In this document: in pieces, positions 8,084 through 16,525 of the stretch
How positions within the stretch are numbered: the first letter of the stretch is position 1
Layout: the number at the start of each line of letters is the position of its first letter
From: a virus
UHGV virus genome: UHGV-0089399
Direction: 5' to 3' (one strand)
DNA: 22,830 bases
The notes under the pieces: generated by a model
Database searches by the model: none
The model's input: the letters and a program-made list of their open reading frames with translations, nothing else
Told to the model about the DNA's origin: nothing
Made by a program: the position numbers and the translations under genes

Positions 8084-8098
8084 TTACCTTAAAGGTAA
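8084..8098. promoter_or_regulatory. Palindromic operator-like site TTACC-N5-GGTAA (copy 3 of 3)
   Basis: TTACC (8084-8088) and GGTAA (8094-8098) with a 5-nt spacer, about 45 bp upstream of the 8141 start codon. Same architecture as the sites at 6655-6671 and 7034-7052. Confidence 0.4.
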
Positions 8099-8140
8099 AC
8101 CTGTTTTTATTTTATACCTGTAACTTACCGGAGATTAAAG

Positions 8141-8467
8141 ATGACAAAACTTGGATTCGTGATGAGAGGTCCGGTAAGAAGCGGAACTCATGCAAAGCGT
8201 AGCAAGAGTCGTATTTTTACTGGTAAGGTTGTAGCACGTAAATCAGCTATTGGCTCGTTCAATAGTGAAAATGCGGCATTGCGCCATATTTTTATCAGCA
8301 CAAAGCCAAGAGCATCCGCTGATGTGCATACAATGACTATTCCTATCACAAAGAATATAAAGCGGATAAAAAAGCTCTCATCTGCAGAATCAAAAGAGAT
8401 ATCTTTCCGCCAGCTTAACTCATTAGAAACGCATATGAAGGAAGAGGAATTCGATGTTTTTGAGTGA
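8141..8467 (+). CDS. Hypothetical basic protein (108 aa), first gene of a coupled pair
   Basis: GGAG ribosome-binding site 8 nt upstream. Lys/Arg-rich N-terminus. The 3' end overlaps the next gene by 14 nt. AT-rich relative to flanking DNA. No motif I recognise. Confidence 0.5.
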   Translation: MTKLGFVMRGPVRSGTHAKRSKSRIFTGKVVARKSAIGSFNSENAALRHIFISTKPRASADVHTMTIPITKNIKRIKKLSSAESKEISFRQLNSLETHMKEEEFDVFE

Positions 8468-8966
8468 GTATAGCGGGAAGGTTATACCTACTGGTGAGTT
8501 TAAAACTGATGACTTTCTGATTTCGCTAAAAGATGCTTTTAAACAACACTGGCGTCATGGTCATCATCCTGATCTGGGAAAAGATACTCTTTTTGAAAGA
8601 CCAGACGAAGTATTAGGTTTCCATCTCAGAAAGGTTCATGTCAATATTGGTGAATATGCATCATATTCATACTCATGTACTGAACAGTGTTGGGATGAGT
8701 GGTCATATGGATTGATTGATGAACAAGGAAATTACAGGCCAAAACCAACCAGTAACGCATATCTCATATATGCAGTCAATGAAATAAGAGATGCAGCCTT
8801 ACTAGCTTATTGGGACCCGCCCGCACACACCAAAGCTAACGCAAAAGTTTGGATGGATTCCGTATTGAATTTCACAAAATTATTTCATGAACGAACGAAT
8901 ACAGCTCCACTTAGTAGAAATGTTTATCCGTGGGATTATTCGTACAAATCCAAAAAGCCTGCATAG
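8454..8966 (+). CDS. Hypothetical protein (170 aa), second gene of a coupled pair
   Basis: GAGG ribosome-binding site inside the upstream gene; start overlaps the upstream stop region. Contains a His-rich stretch (WRHGHHPD). No recognisable family. Confidence 0.5.
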   Translation: MFLSEYSGKVIPTGEFKTDDFLISLKDAFKQHWRHGHHPDLGKDTLFERPDEVLGFHLRKVHVNIGEYASYSYSCTEQCWDEWSYGLIDEQGNYRPKPTSNAYLIYAVNEIRDAALLAYWDPPAHTKANAKVWMDSVLNFTKLFHERTNTAPLSRNVYPWDYSYKSKKPA

Positions 8967-9047
8967 TAGTTTTTTATGGACGAAACAAAAGTCAGTGCTA
9001 CACTCATTGACGCCACATTGAGGTGGATTATAGATGGAAATTTCACA

Positions 9048-9209
9048 ATGAAAAAAGCATTTGCTGCACTGTTCGTTTTGTTGTCTCTGGTAGCTTCAAC
9101 TCAGGCCTTTGCCGGTCGTTGTCAGCACGACAGCGATACTGCCGCTGACGGCTCCCGCTGCGGTGGGCGTTCTGCGGATTCCCGCCCGGGCGGCGGTGGC
9201 ATTCGTTAA
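9048..9209 (+). CDS. Small secreted peptide (53 aa precursor) with Sec-type signal peptide
   Basis: MKKAFAALFVLLSLVASTQAFA-GRCQHD... with a predicted AFA-G cleavage site. The mature part is about 31 aa, Gly/Arg/Ser-rich with 2 Cys. The longer track ORF from 8976 lacks a ribosome-binding site and would bury the signal peptide. Confidence 0.4.
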   Translation: MKKAFAALFVLLSLVASTQAFAGRCQHDSDTAADGSRCGGRSADSRPGGGGIR

Positions 9210-9231
9210 AAACAAGGCCGCGAAAGCGGCC
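9207..9231 (-). terminator. Rho-independent terminator of the minus-strand structural operon
   Basis: GC stem GGCCGC-gaaa-GCGGCC (9216-9231), followed on the minus strand by TTGTTTTTA. Lies about 10 nt after the stop of the 9241-9537 gene. Confidence 0.6.
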
Positions 9232-9240
9232 TGTGACATG

Positions 9241-9537
9241 TCACGTCCCTTTTCTGAATGATAGCCATTCGAAAAATGATGACATTCCACCGCAGACAAT
9301 AGCAAAGATGATCCCACCAAAGAAGAGAAGGCCAGCCTGCCACCACTCCCACCGCCATACATCCACAGCGCCAACCATACCAACAATCGCTCCAACAAAT
9401 GGAATATAGCTCACGATGAAAGCAATGGGGGCTGCAATTATCCAGTGCAATCCCCACCATGATTCAAGCCCAGCCATAATTGCTGCCAACTGAAAAAGAC
9501 CAACGACGATATAAACAATGAATCCTATAGCTTGCAT
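9241..9537 (-). CDS. Small integral membrane protein (98 aa, about 3 TM helices)
   Basis: Strongly hydrophobic, Trp-rich sequence. AGGTGA ribosome-binding site 4 nt upstream of the ATG. Positioned after the ejection-protein genes. Confidence 0.6.
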   Translation of the reverse strand: MQAIGFIVYIVVGLFQLAAIMAGLESWWGLHWIIAAPIAFIVSYIPFVGAIVGMVGAVDVWRWEWWQAGLLFFGGIIFAIVCGGMSSFFEWLSFRKGT

Positions 9538-9549
9538 GTAGTCACCTAT

Positions 9550-9723
9550 TTACCCAGTAAAAATAAGAGGCCTCCCCTCAATAAGGCTTGCAACAAGAAC
9601 TACTCCCTGCACAACAAAGATGAACCAGCAAATAGCTTGAGTCTGAGGGTTAAGAAAATATTTGTAGCGGTCAATAAATAACAATCCACCAGAAATTATC
9701 ACACTCAAAATAATTAAAAACAC
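9550..9723 (-). CDS. Putative small 2-TM membrane protein (about 58 aa, GTG start), not in the ORF track
   Basis: Hand translation of the minus strand gives VFLIILSVIISGGLLFIDRYKYFLNPQTQAICWFIFVVQGVVLVASLIEGRPLIFTG-stop. AGGAAG lies just upstream of the GTG. Fills the gap between the gp16-like gene and the 98-aa membrane protein. Confidence 0.3.
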   Translation of the reverse strand: MFLIILSVIISGGLLFIDRYKYFLNPQTQAICWFIFVVQGVVLVASLIEGRPLIFTG

Positions 9724-9732
9724 AACACTTCC

Positions 9733-12207
9733 TTATTGCGGAGTGACATCCTGAGGTCGCCACCAGTATGTCTGGTTAAACTCTTTCTTCGAACGTTGCT
9801 CCATTTTACGCAAATAGCCTAGTGAAAAATACTCCTGCATCTGATTAAAGATCATGTGATCGAGAGCCGCCTTCAAGTACCAGAGATTCGCACCTGGCAT
9901 CAAACCTTTCCCCAGCTTCACCAGATCACCACCAGTCTGCTCACTCTTCCCTTCCACAGCATTTAACGGTATGCCCTGAGCAATCTTCACTACGTCATCA
10001 ACCAGACCAGCTACCGGGCCAAGCATCGACGCCAGCGCGCCGCTTCCGTACCTAGTGTGATCTGACAATAAAAAGTCACCATAAAGGCCAAGACCACCAC
10101 CTTTCAGTAGAGCACCAAGCCAGAATTTTGCGGCATCTTCTCCTGTCATCTCTCGAGGATTACGACCAGACGCAAGGTCGTTAAGTTGTTGCGACAAAGC
10201 GCCAAGAATGGTCGTACTGGCAATAAACGTCGCAATATATGCCGCACGCCCACCAGCAGACGGCATACCCATAGCGCGTGACCAGTGACGCATAACAACC
10301 GAGATAGGGAACGATTTAAACAGGAAAACACTTCTCGTTAATTCACCTTTCCATGTTCCACGCTGAATACCAGAACCGGTTATCAGTTGCTCACGTGCTC
10401 CCGGTGTAATAACAGCCATATCAACTTCTTCAGTTACGGCACCGAGCAGTTTACGCATTGCCTCAAATTTCACGCGTTCAGGCTCACCAAGATGTTTAAC
10501 TGCTGAATCAGGGATACGCATAATGCTTTCCGGTGTCAGCATCGTATTATTACCGTTCCCCCAGTCCTCCTGTTGCGCCAGCTTCCATACGCTCCAGTCT
10601 GTGTCAGTAATCCCTTTGCTTTTCAGGATACGAAAATCAGAGTCATCGAGGCTACGAAGGTCTGGTGTTCGTGACACTACTTCTCCCAGGCTTCCCATCA
10701 TGGTTACGCCATAGGCGCGCTTGTGCGCATCTGACCATGCTGTAAGCCCACTGGCACGCATTACCGCCGTTGCCGCCCAACGAGACACTGACGGCCCCAT
10801 ATTATCCATCGCCCAGCGGTTAACGCTGCCAAGTAGAGATTCCATCGCCAGACCAGCGCGGCGCGCCCGCGCAAGTTCTGTACGGTTCGTTGGGTCCATA
10901 GCTTCAAGCTGGTTGCGGAATAACTGGTTCATTGGAAGGTTGGTAACCTTCGCAGACAGATACATGGTTCCAAGATCAGAGAACGATGACAGCAACGCGG
11001 ATCCGAGTCTGCTGGCAACCAGCCAGTTGCGGATATTGTCAGACCATCGCGCGATGTGCGGATTCGCTACAGGCTGTGTCTTTCCGGAAATAAAGTTGTA
11101 CAGATTCTCTGTGTTGTTCGCTAGCCGCTCGACTTTACCGGTTTTACTCGGGTTAGCGGTTGCCGTTTCTGCCTTCACCTGATCAAGAAGAGAGCGGAAA
11201 ACATGATCGGGGTTTGGGCCATATGTTTCCACCAGTGCAATATCTTTACTGATACCTTCCAGGTGACCGACCATGATTTCCCATAGAGAGCGATCGCCAT
11301 AAAGTTGCTGATATTGCAGATAGGAATCTGCATCTTTGAAATGTATCTGTCGTGATGCATTACCACGGTTAGCACGTGCGCCGGAAATTCGCATTCCGGT
11401 ATCAGTAAGCTTATTCAGCCCACCAGTAGCGATCGTGTTATAAGCCTCTCCAAGAAATGCAGACAACTCGGCATCGTTCATCAGTTGTCCATCGGCTCGG
11501 ATATAATATTTGCGATCCAGCTTACCTATAACATCGCTAACCCACTTATCCTTTGATACCGCCCCAACCTTTTCCATAGAATGATGTTGAGGGATCCCCC
11601 AGTTTTCGAGATAGCCAATGTCCCCACCAGCATCATTAAACCGGCGGCGCAGCAGCTCTGTAACTTCTCTCCACGCCTTAGCACCTTTTCTTGCTTTAGC
11701 ATTGCCAGTATTTTGCCCCCGCATTTCATATACCAAGTCACGTACGCCCGCTTCATCTTCAAACAGACCAAAAAAGCGAGGATCAACTGCTTCGAATGCC
11801 TCCTGCAATTGACTCAATGCATAATCACGGGTGGCTTTTGTTCTGGATTCAACAGAGAGGAAATTAGATTTACCGTCTGCATTAAAAGCTATAGTACGGT
11901 TAAGAGCGCCAAGTTTCCCATCAGCCCCTTGATAGCTATTGATAAATTTATCCAATCTCTGACGCGCGGCTATAGTGAGAGCCACACGACGTTTCTTTAA
12001 TGCCGCTTCTCGCTGTAATTCTTCAGATGCCAATTGTGCTGCTCGATATAGCCGCTCTGATTCGGAAAGTTGTCGCCACGACATCGGGTCATCACGAGCA
12101 ATGGAGCGCATATTTCGATAAATGCGGTCTTCAATGTTCTGTATTTCTCGCGCCGTTAACGTGCGCTGCGCCGCCTGCTGGACCGCTTGTATACATTCCT
12201 GTCTCAT
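9733..12207 (-). CDS. Internal virion/ejection protein, gp16-like C-terminal part
   Basis: 824 aa. C-terminal region (FLFKSFPISVVMRHWSRAM...AAYIATFIASTTILGA) resembles the T7 gp16 C-terminal hydrophobic segment as recalled. GAGG ribosome-binding site upstream. Follows the 600-aa gene after a 5-nt gap. Confidence 0.65.
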   Translation of the reverse strand: MRQECIQAVQQAAQRTLTAREIQNIEDRIYRNMRSIARDDPMSWRQLSESERLYRAAQLASEELQREAALKKRRVALTIAARQRLDKFINSYQGADGKLGALNRTIAFNADGKSNFLSVESRTKATRDYALSQLQEAFEAVDPRFFGLFEDEAGVRDLVYEMRGQNTGNAKARKGAKAWREVTELLRRRFNDAGGDIGYLENWGIPQHHSMEKVGAVSKDKWVSDVIGKLDRKYYIRADGQLMNDAELSAFLGEAYNTIATGGLNKLTDTGMRISGARANRGNASRQIHFKDADSYLQYQQLYGDRSLWEIMVGHLEGISKDIALVETYGPNPDHVFRSLLDQVKAETATANPSKTGKVERLANNTENLYNFISGKTQPVANPHIARWSDNIRNWLVASRLGSALLSSFSDLGTMYLSAKVTNLPMNQLFRNQLEAMDPTNRTELARARRAGLAMESLLGSVNRWAMDNMGPSVSRWAATAVMRASGLTAWSDAHKRAYGVTMMGSLGEVVSRTPDLRSLDDSDFRILKSKGITDTDWSVWKLAQQEDWGNGNNTMLTPESIMRIPDSAVKHLGEPERVKFEAMRKLLGAVTEEVDMAVITPGAREQLITGSGIQRGTWKGELTRSVFLFKSFPISVVMRHWSRAMGMPSAGGRAAYIATFIASTTILGALSQQLNDLASGRNPREMTGEDAAKFWLGALLKGGGLGLYGDFLLSDHTRYGSGALASMLGPVAGLVDDVVKIAQGIPLNAVEGKSEQTGGDLVKLGKGLMPGANLWYLKAALDHMIFNQMQEYFSLGYLRKMEQRSKKEFNQTYWWRPQDVTPQ

Positions 12208-12212
12208 TTAAT

Positions 12213-14015
12213 TTAACCTCTCAAGAAACACGCCACAGCGACATCAAACAGGCTGGAATCCTGTATTGCCTGCTCACTTTCCCTGTTCGCTTCATCCAGT
12301 ACTTCACGCGCGCTGCGCGATTGTGGATTACCATCATCATCCAGCACGGTGATTATCATGTCAGGTGATTCAAGCAGCGAGTCTTCAGCTATGCGCAGAT
12401 CAATATCTCCTGCCTGATCTGACATCATTTTTTGTTCTGCCTGTTGCAATATTTTATCAGGCTCAAAAGGAGCTACTTCGTCTGGCGTCCTGACCTCTGC
12501 TGTTTTATAGAATGAAACAGCCTGAGCATTAAGTTCACTTTCTGCCTGCTGTCTCCGAGCCAGTTCTGCTAGAGCTTCAAAAAACTGACCGCCAGGCTCG
12601 TGCGGTGCCAACGCGTTACGGGAAAATTCCAGGCGTTCTTGTGCCTGCCGGATTCGTTGATCAATATCGCGAAGTCTGGCCTGTTTATCTGATCGAGCAC
12701 GAGACAAAGCTTTACCGCTACCGGTTGGCTCTTCTGCAAGAATTTGTGCACGCTGTTCAGTGAGATTTTCAATAATTCGTTGGCTATTAGCGATTTCCGA
12801 CTGGTAAACCTGTCTATCGCCACGCGGCAAAAGCTGCGCGGCCTGTTCTTCAAGCAACCGATTTTCTATAGCGCGCGCCGTTACTCCATCATCTACAGAT
12901 GACAGAGCCTCATTAACTGCCTGAGACAGCAGACTCTTGCGCCCAGGAATTTCACTGAAAGATGCAGACTCAACAATGCTGGCAACGTCTACAGGTCTCC
13001 CCTGGCTAACATCAGACATGGCTTTTCGCAGAGCCTGAATGTGAGAATTGCGCGAAAGCACGTTGATCGGCACGCCGGGAGCAATATCAATTTCAGCATG
13101 ATGAGCGGCATTCGCCGCCAGTGCAGCATCGACATCAACTGGTGAAAAATTTGGTGCGCTTGTAGACTCGCCGCGAGAGTTAATAAATCTGCCGACACCA
13201 CCAAACGCCACTCCAAGAACAGCATCAATAGCAATTGCCTGTCGATCCAACACATCATACTGATTAGCCATTTCGCTATAGCCACCATCACGAAGCGTTT
13301 TTGCAGTAAGCCCACGCTGTGCCATACCGAACGCAATATTTGTACCTGCGGCATAGGCAATATCTGGCGTTGCACGTACTGCTGTTGCTGCGGCGCGTCG
13401 CACTGAACTTTCACCCGTCCGCGCAAGCTGAGCCGCCACACCTTCCGCCAGCGCACCACCAGCACGTAACCCGAGGCTCATAGGGATCAGTGTTCCGGCA
13501 CCAGCAGTAATACCCTGCACTAATCCCGCTTCCTGCGCCGTCCTGAAATCAACACCCTGTGCTGTCAGCCGTTCAAACTCAGAAAAACCCTGTAGCGAAG
13601 TTACCGCCGCAGCACCTCCGACCGGACCACCGAGCGTTGTACCGACAACAGCCTGCCCGCCCATATCGAACAACCCATAAAGGACCTGCCCGGCGGTTCC
13701 GGTTGTCGCGGCATCAGGCGTCAGCCGCTTAACCTGCTGCTCTGCTAGTTTTCTCTGCTCAGCAATGTATGAAACTGAAGTGTCATTGAACGAGGTGTTT
13801 TCGTTAACAAACTGAGCAATCGGGGATACGATTTTATCCATCCCTGCCCATAGCAACTGATCTGGCTTTGCCACCAGCCCGGAGTACAAACCAGACAATG
13901 CCGCTCCTACAGCATTGTCGAAAAAACCAACATCGCTGTTAAATCCAGCTGGATTTGATGCAGCTTCGTCAAGCTGCTGATTCTGGTTTACTGGATTAAG
14001 GCCAAAGTAACTCAT
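12213..14015 (-). CDS. Internal virion/ejection protein (gp16-like N-terminal part or separate core protein)
   Basis: 600 aa, Gly/Ala-rich with coiled-coil segments. Start overlaps the upstream stop (ATGA). Position between the gp15-like and gp16-like genes. Confidence 0.6.
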   Translation of the reverse strand: MSYFGLNPVNQNQQLDEAASNPAGFNSDVGFFDNAVGAALSGLYSGLVAKPDQLLWAGMDKIVSPIAQFVNENTSFNDTSVSYIAEQRKLAEQQVKRLTPDAATTGTAGQVLYGLFDMGGQAVVGTTLGGPVGGAAAVTSLQGFSEFERLTAQGVDFRTAQEAGLVQGITAGAGTLIPMSLGLRAGGALAEGVAAQLARTGESSVRRAAATAVRATPDIAYAAGTNIAFGMAQRGLTAKTLRDGGYSEMANQYDVLDRQAIAIDAVLGVAFGGVGRFINSRGESTSAPNFSPVDVDAALAANAAHHAEIDIAPGVPINVLSRNSHIQALRKAMSDVSQGRPVDVASIVESASFSEIPGRKSLLSQAVNEALSSVDDGVTARAIENRLLEEQAAQLLPRGDRQVYQSEIANSQRIIENLTEQRAQILAEEPTGSGKALSRARSDKQARLRDIDQRIRQAQERLEFSRNALAPHEPGGQFFEALAELARRQQAESELNAQAVSFYKTAEVRTPDEVAPFEPDKILQQAEQKMMSDQAGDIDLRIAEDSLLESPDMIITVLDDDGNPQSRSAREVLDEANRESEQAIQDSSLFDVAVACFLRG

Positions 14016-16525
14016 TGCGGAATATCTCCGGAGAATCTCTGGCGCTTCTGTGTCAGATTAAGAACAACGGGAGAACCATCATCTTTCAGCAGATAACCAG
14101 TACCAAGCTTCACCAGGTACTGACTATCGCCGTAACTTTGCAAACCATACTGACCAGGCGGTGTTTTTATCCCGGAGCCGACAACTTGTTCATTCCAAGC
14201 CTGATTAACCTGCTTATCGAATTGCTCTGCAGACATTCCCCACGGCAAAAGGACATTCCCCATTCCGTTATAGTCATGCACGCCACCTGTAGCTACGTTA
14301 ACAGCCTGTTTCCAGACATCATTGTCAATTTCTCCTGATACCACGCCTTTTTTCGCCATCACACCAGCGTAATAATCCTTTGCGATCTCGTATGCCATTG
14401 ATGCCCCATGAGCGTCACCAGCAAATGCATCCTTCACCATGTCAGAAAACTCAAGGCGAAGATCAGCATCTTTAGGCATCGGAATACCTTTCGCATCATC
14501 AGTACCTTTACGAGCCGCCGCGCCAGCAAGAATTGTCTGCGCAGCGGTTTCAGGAGACACGGAAACATCCGGATTAAACCAGTTTTTTTCTGCCAAAATA
14601 CCACCAGGCTTATCCATCAGTATCCCGGCAACGGCAGCAGATGGAGCGTTGGCACTGATCTGCTGTAGTGCTGACATATACATCTGCCCACCACCAGTGC
14701 TCTGCCTGATGGTATCGAGATATGCTGCCTGTTGGGAAACTGGAGCATCACGAAAGAAAACACCGATCTGATTGGCCTCGTCTTTGGAAAAGAACGTCAG
14801 TGGAGTGCCATATGACTTAGCAAGGTCACTGACCTGAGCGGCACGCAAGGCAACGCTCTGTCCAAAGTTATCCTTATTGCTCATGTCGATAGGCTTTGCC
14901 TGTCCGGAGGCAAGAGAGAACTGCACAGGATCCGACTGCCGCTGCTTTATCACCTGATTTGCAGCCGAAACAACGTTGTCATAAAGAGCTGCGCGTGCCG
15001 CATACCCCTCCCCTGTATCACCAGTATCCGGGCGTAATTGCTCAACATATGCTGTAATGCTGCTTGTCGGCATGTTGCGGAAAGAGCCTATATACTGTCC
15101 GGCGATCTGCGTATTCTTAAACTCGGTATATCGCAGGTTTCCTTCTCTGACTCCATAAGCTGCAATAAAATCATCCTCACCAGGTGGGTTAGGAAATTCA
15201 ACGCCACGCATATACGCAGCCGTCGCATCGCGAACCCGGCTGTCGAGCATCGTTTTATATTCAGCCTGCTGCTGCCGACGCAGTTGATCCGCCTGTCGCA
15301 TAAAACTTGCTTGCGCCTCAGGAGATGCCGCATCGAATGCTGCATTACCGGTATAGCGTTTGGTGTTGGTTGGAATTGTTGATAAACCAAGTGCTGCACT
15401 GACACCAGCAGTTAACTGCTGATCACTGTATGGCTGGCTACCGTTCTCATGATGGATAATGGCTGCACAAAGCGCCTTCAGGGTATCAGGATTAGATGCA
15501 TCGAGAGGCTCATCAGCAGAAACGCCAAGTTGTTCGCACACTGCTTTGATATACGACATAGTGTCATTTTTATCAGTAGGCGGTGCCCAGCGATTAATTA
15601 TCTCGCTGACGGTATCAATACCCTGCCTCTGATACGACATCAGGTTCCGCCCTAATGCACGAATCCCGTGTTCAGGTGTTTCGAATTTAGCAAATCGACC
15701 ATCATCACCGGTCTGGCCTACCCACGGATTAGTTTTGCTGTATTCGAGATTTCCTGGGTTATTGTTGCGTATGCCACGGGCACGCTCGGAAGAGTCACTA
15801 TCTGCTACAGCACGGCGAGCTCCAGCAGCAGTATCACTTAACTCGCCATTACTTTGGATGAATGCGGTCGCATTGTTTGCCGACCACTGGGACAATGCAG
15901 CATCAGCAACCTTCTCTTTAAACTCGATTTTCTTGGCCTGGATTTGCTCGTCACTCCAGCCATGTGCAATGCCGTAATCCTCAATTTGCTGGAAAGTTTG
16001 CTTATTAGCCAATACGTATGCGGCGTTGTCGCCATACAATGCTGCGGCATTTTTACCATTGTTCAGCAGCGTAGCCTGAAACTGGCCTTCTTCGTAGGCA
16101 TTTATTTGCCCTATCTCGTGCCGCCCTGCCTGCGTAGTGAACTGAATGCGCTGCTGCTGCGCCTGCTGCATGAAAGCATTACGAGCCTGTTCATCCGGCA
16201 GCGACATAGCCAGTTGTTCGACCTGAGCATCAAACTGCTGCGTATACTCCTGACCTTTTCCAATAGCATTTTTCCCTTTCAGGTTAAGCAATCCTGTTTC
16301 AGGATTATTCAGCAGATCACTGCTTATCTGACTGAGGTTAAGAGATGCCTCCTGAGCCAGAGCGATATTGGCACGCTGTTTTGCCTGACCAAAAACATCA
16401 ATTGCCTCTGTCCCTGCCCGAACAAAAGCATCACCAATACCTGGCTGAGAAAACGTCTGCAAGCCTGCTGACTGAACTCCACGGCTCTGAACCTGACGGC
16501 CGGATACTGTTGGTACGACTGGCAT
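14012..16525 (-). CDS. Internal virion protein, gp15-like, with an embedded conserved NNPGN-motif domain (possible cell-wall-active domain)
   Basis: Likely start is the ATG at 16525 (MPVVPTVSGRQ...), with a strong GGAGG ribosome-binding site and a TAATG stop/start overlap with the gp14-like gene. Q-rich coiled-coil N-terminus. Motif GIRNNNPGNLEYSKTNPWVGQ...FAKFETPEHGIRALGRNL. Confidence 0.6.
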   Translation of the reverse strand: MPVVPTVSGRQVQSRGVQSAGLQTFSQPGIGDAFVRAGTEAIDVFGQAKQRANIALAQEASLNLSQISSDLLNNPETGLLNLKGKNAIGKGQEYTQQFDAQVEQLAMSLPDEQARNAFMQQAQQQRIQFTTQAGRHEIGQINAYEEGQFQATLLNNGKNAAALYGDNAAYVLANKQTFQQIEDYGIAHGWSDEQIQAKKIEFKEKVADAALSQWSANNATAFIQSNGELSDTAAGARRAVADSDSSERARGIRNNNPGNLEYSKTNPWVGQTGDDGRFAKFETPEHGIRALGRNLMSYQRQGIDTVSEIINRWAPPTDKNDTMSYIKAVCEQLGVSADEPLDASNPDTLKALCAAIIHHENGSQPYSDQQLTAGVSAALGLSTIPTNTKRYTGNAAFDAASPEAQASFMRQADQLRRQQQAEYKTMLDSRVRDATAAYMRGVEFPNPPGEDDFIAAYGVREGNLRYTEFKNTQIAGQYIGSFRNMPTSSITAYVEQLRPDTGDTGEGYAARAALYDNVVSAANQVIKQRQSDPVQFSLASGQAKPIDMSNKDNFGQSVALRAAQVSDLAKSYGTPLTFFSKDEANQIGVFFRDAPVSQQAAYLDTIRQSTGGGQMYMSALQQISANAPSAAVAGILMDKPGGILAEKNWFNPDVSVSPETAAQTILAGAAARKGTDDAKGIPMPKDADLRLEFSDMVKDAFAGDAHGASMAYEIAKDYYAGVMAKKGVVSGEIDNDVWKQAVNVATGGVHDYNGMGNVLLPWGMSAEQFDKQVNQAWNEQVVGSGIKTPPGQYGLQSYGDSQYLVKLGTGYLLKDDGSPVVLNLTQKRQRFSGDIPQ

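Noticed and set aside
8141-8966. Possibility that the 108-aa and 170-aa ORFs are one gene joined by a programmed frameshift at the T-run ATGTTTTTGAGTGA
   Set aside because: The second ORF has its own ATG and a well-spaced GAGG ribosome-binding site, so ordinary translational coupling explains the overlap. Frameshifting cannot be excluded without expression data.
9232-9245. Perfect palindrome GTGACATGTCAC, initially considered a CRP site
   Set aside because: CRP sites are TGTGA-N6-TCACA. Here the half-sites are separated by only 2 nt and the palindrome overlaps the stop codon of the membrane-protein gene, so it is probably fortuitous or part of the terminator context.
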